Origin: Planctomycetota bacterium
Lineage (GTDB): Bacteria; Planctomycetota; GCA-002687715; DRQF01
Assembly: GCA_027001995.1 (NCBI GenBank)
Contig: JALTLO010000163.1
Coordinates: forward strand, 1 to 36,786
Direction of reading: 5' to 3'
DNA length: 36,786 bases
Numbering within the stretch: position 1 is the stretch's first letter; every line of letters begins with the position of its first letter. Made by a program: the position numbers and the translations under genes. Below the pieces are notes generated by a model. It was not told the origin of the DNA. It worked only from the letters and a program-made list of their open reading frames with translations, and ran no database searches. Shown here in pieces: positions 17,673 to 24,255 of this stretch.

Positions 17673-18953
17673 TCAAAGTTTGGACTGAGCCATCTTTGCG
17701 GCTCTCGTCCCGGGATAGGTCTTCACGATCTGCAAATAAAGCTTTTTGGACCCAGCCTCATCACCAGACCTGGCTTTGGCTCGGGCTTGTTTGAGCAAAC
17801 TGCCCGCCTCGCTCTCTTTGTCGATTTCCTTGAGCAGACGAGCTATGGCCTCATCCGTTTGAAAATAGTTCAGGCGGCTTTCTGCCACTTTGGCGATGGG
17901 GAGTCCTTTGCCCTTTTTCTTCACCCGGCGATAAAGCCGACGGGCCTTTTCGTATTCCCCATGATTTTCGTGATTCTTCGCCTTCACCATCGTGGGCTGG
18001 AGTCGGGCTTGCTTCTTAAGCCCCTTCGCCACTTTCTTTCCCGGTTTCGTTTTCTTGAGTCGATCAAAAAGCGATTTTGCCTTCTTCGCCGGAGGTGCCC
18101 CTTTGAACTCCCCCATGATTTGATCAAGGGTGCCCATGGCAGTCCAGTAGTCCCCCGCTTCAGCGGCACTGCGGGCTTTCTTCAAAGCTTCGTTGATCCG
18201 GCTGTCGATCTGCTCTTGCAGAACCAGCGCTCTTTTCACCAATGGAGATGGACCACCCACCTGCACCAGAGGCTCGATCTCTTGCCAAGCCTCACGAATC
18301 TTTCCCATGCGTAAGAAGTTGCGCGCCTTGGTCAAACGTTCTCTGGCAGTTTTGTGAGCAAGGGCACTGAGCCCTGGCCCCATTGATTTTCTCGCCTTCT
18401 TGACGGCGGCTCCATAGGAATGAGAGCCAGCCACATCTTCAATACGTTCCACTAAAGTCAGGTCTGGTTTGCAGATCATGATCTGGGGGGTTTTCGCATC
18501 AATCCCCACGAAGAATACACGGAACACTTTGACTTCCGCCCCCTGATGGTGTTCGCAGGTACAGCCACCAATGCGCTTGCACACTTCTTTCTTGATCCCG
18601 TTGATGGTCTGCGACTTAGAACCATGATCCATCTTGCTGGCCACAATGGGCAACAACTCTTTTGTTAATTTGACAAATGCCTTGTCTTTGAAAAGTTCAT
18701 CGATGAGACGCTCGCTGGCTTCTTCTCCATCTTGCAAAAGAGCGATCAAGATAGGGACATTTCGCTCCGCTGCGATCTTTTGGGCTTCTCTTACCGTGCC
18801 CCGCCACCAAAGAACCTGTTGTTTTGATTGAGCCTGAAGGGTGCTGCTTGCCCCCAGAAGGAAGGCTATGCCCATCAACAAAAGAGCAAAGCACCACCGA
18901 CTCCGGGGCAATGCTGGCATAGAAGATCCACAGAAGTTCAGCGTAAGAGTCAT
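17673..18953 (-). CDS. Exported thioredoxin-like-fold protein (no CxxC) with C-terminal TPR-like helices
   Basis: Signal peptide, W.GTVREAQKIAAERNVPILI thioredoxin-like start, KTPQIMI cis-Pro loop, and helical repeats ending YLQIVKTYPGTRAAKMA. Start is ATG 18953 or 18920; the track's extension to 19286 is not credible. Confidence 0.7.
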   Translation of the reverse strand: MTLTLNFCGSSMPALPRSRWCFALLLMGIAFLLGASSTLQAQSKQQVLWWRGTVREAQKIAAERNVPILIALLQDGEEASERLIDELFKDKAFVKLTKELLPIVASKMDHGSKSQTINGIKKEVCKRIGGCTCEHHQGAEVKVFRVFFVGIDAKTPQIMICKPDLTLVERIEDVAGSHSYGAAVKKARKSMGPGLSALAHKTARERLTKARNFLRMGKIREAWQEIEPLVQVGGPSPLVKRALVLQEQIDSRINEALKKARSAAEAGDYWTAMGTLDQIMGEFKGAPPAKKAKSLFDRLKKTKPGKKVAKGLKKQARLQPTMVKAKNHENHGEYEKARRLYRRVKKKGKGLPIAKVAESRLNYFQTDEAIARLLKEIDKESEAGSLLKQARAKARSGDEAGSKKLYLQIVKTYPGTRAAKMAQSKL

Positions 18954-19050
18954 GACAATTCCCCAAGAAGAATTCCGGTGGCCACTATATAGGATAGGGC
19001 AGAAGCAGTTGGCCCAAATTTGAGCCGGACAAATTTTTGGGGTGAATGCG

Positions 19051-19137
19051 AAAAAAGTGAGAGGGCGGCCGCTGACGAGATCGGAGCGCATTCCTGATTT
19101 AACCGTTAATAACGGCCGCCCACTCAACCGAGTGCGT
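19051..19137 (-). ncRNA. Putative sigma54-dependent small RNA or terminated leader RNA (~85 nt)
   Basis: Long hairpin UGAGUGGGCGGCCG...CGGCCGCCCUCUCA (13 of 14 bp plus inner stems) followed by U6. It starts about 12 nt downstream of a -24/-12 motif. Family not recognised. Confidence 0.55.
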
Positions 19138-19145
19138 CCTCTATA

Positions 19146-19164
19146 TCGCACACGGTGTGCCAAA
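19146..19164 (-). promoter_or_regulatory. sigma54 (-24/-12) promoter candidate
   Basis: Minus strand TTTGGCACACCGTGTGCGA: TGGCAC with exact GG-N10-GC spacing. The -12 element is GTGC rather than TTGC. Confidence 0.6.
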
Positions 19165-19618
19165 CTCGAAGCAATCTTCGGCGGACGCTCTTGGAAACGC
19201 GAAGAAGTGGAATCGGACAAGGAGAGTCCGGTAGGACGGCCCTCAATCGGCAGTAGCAGTCGGTTCCCCAAAAAAAGCAGCCTCAATCGGGAGATTTAAT
19301 TCCCTCGAAAGGCCCTTCGGGCAGCTGTCAACACCCCAAACTTCGAGCGGATTCGCTCAATGCCAGCGACATGCCTCATATGCCTTGCATTTTTTGAGAA
19401 TCGAAAATCCAACCTAACCACTGAGATAAAGATAACTTAGATGATTTTATCGAATAAGAACTCAGAGGAGTCGGGTGATCACCTCAATGAATACATGAAT
19501 ACCAGCCGAAGAGAGTAGAGCTGAAAGGAAGGCAAACGGACACCAGAGGCTCAGCCTCAGGTGGCATTGATAGCACCATGCTGCAAAGCACAGATGACAC
19601 AGAATCAGGAGATGGGGA

Positions 19619-20182
19619 ATGCCAGGAGAACTGGTCAGCAAACAGATGCGACAAGACATGATCCTTGAGATCGTAAAATCTCGTCGTGTCCATAATCAAC
19701 TCGAGCTCATTAAGTTGCTCGAAGAGCGAGGTATCAGCGCGACCCAATCAAGTGTCTCACGAGACATTCACGAACTGTCGATCGCCAAAGTCGACAGCCG
19801 TTACGTTGTGGCCGTGTTACCAGTCGAAGACGACACCCAAGATCAAATCACAGCAAGCGCGGATTCAAACAGTCCTGTTCGAGCCCTGAGTCCTGCTGGA
19901 CCAAGCGTCTTGGTGGTGAAAACTCAATTGGGAACAGCCTCAACGATTGGCGCATCCATCGACAAGGCCCACTGGCCCGAAGTCTTGGGGACCATCGCCG
20001 GGGATGACACTATCTTCATTGCGACGGTTGGCAAACGTGAGCAATTGCGCCTGATCACTAGGCTGCAGGAGTTCATGAATGAGCCAGACCCGATGATCGT
20101 GGTCGACCAAGATCCTCAACTGGCGCCAACCGCCACCCATTTGGATCAACGGACACCCGCACCATTTGGACTTCTCTCTTAG
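19619..20182 (+). CDS. argR: Arginine repressor
   Basis: NQLEL, ATQSSVSRDIHEL and GTIAGDDTIF motifs; ~35-aa C-terminal extension. Confidence 0.92.
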   Translation: MPGELVSKQMRQDMILEIVKSRRVHNQLELIKLLEERGISATQSSVSRDIHELSIAKVDSRYVVAVLPVEDDTQDQITASADSNSPVRALSPAGPSVLVVKTQLGTASTIGASIDKAHWPEVLGTIAGDDTIFIATVGKREQLRLITRLQEFMNEPDPMIVVDQDPQLAPTATHLDQRTPAPFGLLS

Positions 20183-20205
20183 AAAAAGCCAATCTTAAAT
20201 AGAAT

Positions 20206-20241
20206 AGGCGCCATGCTCATCTTGAGTTTGGCGCCTTTTTT
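20206..20241 (+). terminator. Intrinsic terminator after argR
   Basis: AGGCGCCA..CTCA-TCT-TGAG..TGGCGCCT followed by a T run. Confidence 0.8.
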
Positions 20242-20265
20242 CATGCAACTTGGATTCTGAACGAA

Positions 20266-20823
20266 TCACTTCCAAGGGACACGGATGTTCTTGGCCCCAA
20301 TGGCCGCGTGATTGAAGTGAAAAAGATAAGCCTGAGGCTTGCCGCCCAGAACGGCTTGCACGGTGATCTTGTCTCGGCCTCGTTCGATGAAACGTATTTC
20401 ATCAATATTGCGAGTCGATTGAATGCTGGAGGTTTCACCGGCTGTGGTGGTTGCCTTGGTTCCATCTTCGGAAATACGGCCGTAGAATTTGAGCAGTCGA
20501 TAAGTCTCCTGACCGTTTCTTCCATCCAAACCCACCACCGGCTCGGCGCAACCCACTTCAATACGACAGTACCCAGAATCGCTCACCCCAAGAAACCCCT
20601 GAGCACGGCGGCGGGCACCACTTTCGTAGCGAGGAGGCGGTTCAGCAAATAGCCTGCGTGCTCCGTTTGCGATAGCTTCTCGGTCAAGGTCAATGCGATA
20701 GAGGTGCATGACCTTAGACCGCTCATTGGGGTCTTTTGTTCGAGAGTTGCTGTTGTAATTGGAGATACAGCCTTGAAGAGAGATAAGGCTCGTCAAGAAA
20801 ATCAGAGCGGTGAATTTCTGCAT
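20266..20823 (-). CDS. Hypothetical lipoprotein
   Basis: MQKFTALIFLTSLISLQGC lipobox-type signal; AAGGA upstream. Confidence 0.75.
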   Translation of the reverse strand: MQKFTALIFLTSLISLQGCISNYNSNSRTKDPNERSKVMHLYRIDLDREAIANGARRLFAEPPPRYESGARRRAQGFLGVSDSGYCRIEVGCAEPVVGLDGRNGQETYRLLKFYGRISEDGTKATTTAGETSSIQSTRNIDEIRFIERGRDKITVQAVLGGKPQAYLFHFNHAAIGAKNIRVPWK

Positions 20824-20945
20824 CTATCCATCCTTTGAAAAGGTCTATCCCAGCTGTATCACATGAGAGGTGGTCTTCTTGTCAGACGTCTCTTCCACCA
20901 ATTTGCTTCGACGAGACCCATGAAGTATTTCTTGCAGGATTTTCC

Positions 20946-21734
20946 TTAGTCACGAAAATCATCTGCCAACTCCAACTCTTGATCCAAAGAAGTTGGGGTC
21001 ACACTCTTGGGCATGAGGCGGATATCGCCAAAATCTCCAGACTGCATCAGGCCAATGGCCTGCGTCTTTACCAAGAGCAAAATAGCCAAGAAGTAACCAA
21101 GAATCTGATCTCGCTCCCGGGTGTCTCCAAGGAGCTCCGAAAGGAAAACCGGGCCATTGTCGAGAATCCTCGTCTCAATGCGAGCAGCAAATTCGCGGAC
21201 CGGCACAACGTGCCCACTGATAATACGATCTGTCTTGGCGTTGATCGTAGTTTCAGACATGACCTTCGAAAAGAACTGAAAAAGATCCCAGATTTGCAAA
21301 TCGTCCAAGGTGGTATCTTCTTCGTAGCGAGGATCCGGGCGAGCTGATTCCGGGCGATTAACCCGATTGCTTTGGATGGCGGCCTTTTGCTCCAAAAGAC
21401 GAGCTCGTGTCTTGTTGTTCTTGAACTCGAGAAGTTGTTGAACCAACTCATAGCGCGGATCAAGCTCTTCAGCGAGATCGACCTCTTCTACGGGCAAGAG
21501 CATCTTCGACTTGATCACCATCAAGGTGGAGGCCATGACCAAGAATTCCCCAGCTTCATCCAGGTTTACCGACTTCATCAGCTCAATGTAGTGCAAATAT
21601 TGCTCAAGAATTCGTGAGATGGGGATGTCGTATACATCAACCTCCTCTTTGCGGATCAAATAGAGCAGAAGATCCATCGGCCCCGCGAAGTTGTGGAGAT
21701 CAATTTTGTATTCTTTTTGATTGTCGTCTGACAT
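20946..21734 (-). CDS. scpA: Segregation and condensation protein A (kleisin)
   Basis: FAGPMDLLLYLI, GEFLVMASTL..IKSKMLLP and FLAILLLVK. Confidence 0.93.
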   Translation of the reverse strand: MSDDNQKEYKIDLHNFAGPMDLLLYLIRKEEVDVYDIPISRILEQYLHYIELMKSVNLDEAGEFLVMASTLMVIKSKMLLPVEEVDLAEELDPRYELVQQLLEFKNNKTRARLLEQKAAIQSNRVNRPESARPDPRYEEDTTLDDLQIWDLFQFFSKVMSETTINAKTDRIISGHVVPVREFAARIETRILDNGPVFLSELLGDTRERDQILGYFLAILLLVKTQAIGLMQSGDFGDIRLMPKSVTPTSLDQELELADDFRD

Positions 21735-21737
21735 TCT

Positions 21738-22421
21738 TTATCCAACCCAATCCCGTACTTGAAGCACGGTATTATGCAGAATTAGGAGGACCCTATACAG
21801 AGCGGCCCCCATTTGCTCGTTGATGGTGGCATACATCAAGACGAAGAGCACGATGAGAACAATAATCACAGGGATCGTGAGGCGATAGTAGAGCTCCCTG
21901 AGCTTCTCGGGCAAGAACATGGCAACAATACGGCTACCGTCGAAGGGTGGAATGGGGAGCAAATTGAAGGCTGCCAGGACAAAATTGAGCAGCACAGCCT
22001 GAAGCGCAAACATGTAAGTGCGATCAAACCCCATGGCCATATCTGGAATCAACCACCCTCCATGCACCAAGGCCACCACAAAGAGCAGCGAAAGCACACC
22101 ACAAAAGATGTTGCCGATTGGTCCGGCTAGGGCCACCACGGCCATCCGAACAGGCCCAATCGCGAGACGGACACGCACAGGCTTGGCGCCTCCGACCATC
22201 ATGCCAGCAAAAAGCATCATGATAGTTGGCAGGATGATCGTGAAAGGCAGGCTAATATGGCGGAAGGTAAATGGAGTGATTCTCTGCCGAATCGACTCAT
22301 TGCGGTCTCCCAAGCGCCAAGCTGCCCAAGCATGGCCGGCCTCATGAACGCAGGATGTAATCACCAACATGGAGAGGATCCACGGCAGCATTTCAAGTTT
22401 CAACTCAAAGTCAGCCAACAA
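21738..22421 (-). CDS. Site-2 protease (peptidase M50)
   Basis: HEAGH, VALAGP.GN and FNLLPIPPFDGSR motifs; TM helices. Confidence 0.92.
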   Translation of the reverse strand: MLADFELKLEMLPWILSMLVITSCVHEAGHAWAAWRLGDRNESIRQRITPFTFRHISLPFTIILPTIMMLFAGMMVGGAKPVRVRLAIGPVRMAVVALAGPIGNIFCGVLSLLFVVALVHGGWLIPDMAMGFDRTYMFALQAVLLNFVLAAFNLLPIPPFDGSRIVAMFLPEKLRELYYRLTIPVIIVLIVLFVLMYATINEQMGAALYRVLLILHNTVLQVRDWVG

Positions 22422-22537
22422 ACACCCTCATTTGGAAAAAAAATCAACTGGGACCGATGGACTCAGTTTAGCAGCAAGAATTCCATGCCAGCAACCTCAA
22501 GGTCTCGGATAATGCACACAGATAGACCATGTTCACC

Positions 22538-22567
22538 TTGCCGCTGTCCCGCCGTAGCACCTATAAT
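22538..22567 (+). promoter_or_regulatory. sigma70-type promoter candidate for the kdsD-lptD operon
   Basis: TTGCCG, 18-nt spacer, TATAAT; about 190 nt upstream of kdsD. Confidence 0.5.
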
Positions 22568-22760
22568 CACCCAGGTTGTGGAATTCCTGCCGTAACCTAC
22601 CACATAGAAGAAGCCCTGACGGTTTCCAAAAGACTCTCCACCCTCCGTGGATGTGATCCATTGGCCCCAAAAAAGCCAAGGTTTCACCACCAACAGAGAC
22701 TGGGGTATCCATTTGAGAAGGCCAACTACGAACGAGTCGACCATAACGGGAGCGCCCACC

Positions 22761-23732
22761 ATGGAGTCAACCATGTCCGATTTGGATGATGCGAGAGAAG
22801 TTCTTGAGGCTGAGGCTGCCGCTGTCAAAAATGTCATCACTCACTTAGATGACTCATTCATATCAGCCACCGAACTCTGCCTCCATTGCACCGGACGGGT
22901 AGCCGTATCCGGAATGGGAAAAGCCGGGCTCATTGGCGAGAAAATTTCTGCCACCATGGCAAGCACCGGCACTCCAAGTTTCTTTATTCATCCCGCCGAA
23001 GCGGTACATGGGGACTTGGGGCGGCTAAGAAAAGAAGACGTTGTCTTGGCTCTTTCGAATAGTGGTGAAACCGCCGAGGTCCTCCGCCTGGTGGACGCCG
23101 TCCGCCTCTTCGGCGCCAAACTCATCGCCATCACTGGCAACGCCAACAGTACCCTTGCCAAGCACGCTGACTTTCATCTCTTCATTGGAGAGCCCGGAGA
23201 AGCTTGCCCCATGGGCTTAGCCCCCACTTCCACAACGACAGCCATGCTTGCCTTGGGTGATGCTCTGTCGATGGTCGTTCAAAAACGCCGGGCATTCGGC
23301 CCAGAAGACTATGCTCGTTTTCACCCAGGAGGAAGCCTAGGTCGACGCCTCATGCGAGTAGAAGAAATCATGCGGGCAGAAGAGCGCTTTACAGTGGTTA
23401 AAGAAACAGCCTCTTGCCATGACGTCCTCTTGGCTATGAACCAAACCCCTGGCCGTCCGGGCGCCGCTTGTGTCACAGATGAAAGTGGTCAAATGACAGG
23501 TTTCATCACAGACGGCGACTTGGTTCGAGCTTTAGGTGACGGCCACGAATTCCTAACCCTCTCGATTTCCGAGCTCATGAATCGATCTCCGAAGACCATT
23601 GGCCCTGATCACTTGGTTTCAGAGGCTGAGAAGATCATGCGCGAGTTTCGTATCGACCAATTGGCTGTTATCGACACAAAGGGACAACCCATGGGTCTGA
23701 TCGACGTGCAAGACTTGGTGCGAGCGAGATAG
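22761..23732 (+). CDS. kdsD: Arabinose-5-phosphate isomerase (KpsF/GutQ, SIS plus CBS pair)
   Basis: GMGKAG, ASTGTP, EAVHGDLG, SNSGET, APTTST, FHPGGSLG and CBS domains. Start is ATG 22761 or 22773, both with GGAG. Confidence 0.93.
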   Translation: MESTMSDLDDAREVLEAEAAAVKNVITHLDDSFISATELCLHCTGRVAVSGMGKAGLIGEKISATMASTGTPSFFIHPAEAVHGDLGRLRKEDVVLALSNSGETAEVLRLVDAVRLFGAKLIAITGNANSTLAKHADFHLFIGEPGEACPMGLAPTSTTTAMLALGDALSMVVQKRRAFGPEDYARFHPGGSLGRRLMRVEEIMRAEERFTVVKETASCHDVLLAMNQTPGRPGAACVTDESGQMTGFITDGDLVRALGDGHEFLTLSISELMNRSPKTIGPDHLVSEAEKIMREFRIDQLAVIDTKGQPMGLIDVQDLVRAR

Positions 23733-23735
23733 CCA

Positions 23736-24254
23736 ATGACTCAGAATTGCACCATTCACAACATCAAAGCCCTTCTTTTCGATGTCGACGGCATTCTGAC
23801 TGACAACGGTCTTTATGTTGCAGAAGATGGCTCCACCATGAAGAAGTTTTGTATTAGTGACGGAGCAGGCATTAAGCTGGCTCACATGGCTGGGCTTACC
23901 ACGGGCGTCATCAGTGGCCATCACTCAGAAGCGACAACTCATCGTGCCCAGCAGCTTGGCATGAAGATCTGCCACATTGGGGTTAAAGACAAAATCCCTG
24001 TTTTCGACGGAGTGCTGGACGAGCTGGGCTTAAGCGCCAACCAAGTCATGTTCATGGGTGACGACTACATGGACCTACCCCTTCTGCGACGAGCTGGTTT
24101 CTCAGCCACTGTCCCAGAGGCACCAGAAATCGTGCGCGAACACTGCGATTTTATTTCTACCCGCAAAGGAGGTTTTGGTGCGGTGCGCGATGTGATTGAA
24201 CACATCTTGAATGCCCAAGGTCGAATGGAAGAACTCATGAAGAGGTTTCTTTGA
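23736..24254 (+). CDS. kdsC: KDO 8-phosphate phosphatase (HAD)
   Basis: DVDGILTD, DGAGI, GDDYMD and GGFGAVRD; follows kdsD. Confidence 0.93.
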   Translation: MTQNCTIHNIKALLFDVDGILTDNGLYVAEDGSTMKKFCISDGAGIKLAHMAGLTTGVISGHHSEATTHRAQQLGMKICHIGVKDKIPVFDGVLDELGLSANQVMFMGDDYMDLPLLRRAGFSATVPEAPEIVREHCDFISTRKGGFGAVRDVIEHILNAQGRMEELMKRFL

Positions 24255-24255
24255 A

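Noticed and set aside
19051..19137. Hairpin RNA as SRP 4.5S RNA, 6S RNA or tRNA
   Set aside because: It has no GNRA-capped helix with the CAGG/AGCAG internal loop, is too short for 6S, and forms no cloverleaf.
19486..19503. ARG box upstream of argR (ATGAATAC twice)
   Set aside because: It is a direct repeat of one half-site, not the TGAAT-N4-ATTCA palindrome.
22474..22491. sigma54 promoter TGGCATGGAATTCTTGC upstream of the S2P gene
   Set aside because: GG-to-GC spacing is 12 nt instead of the required 10.
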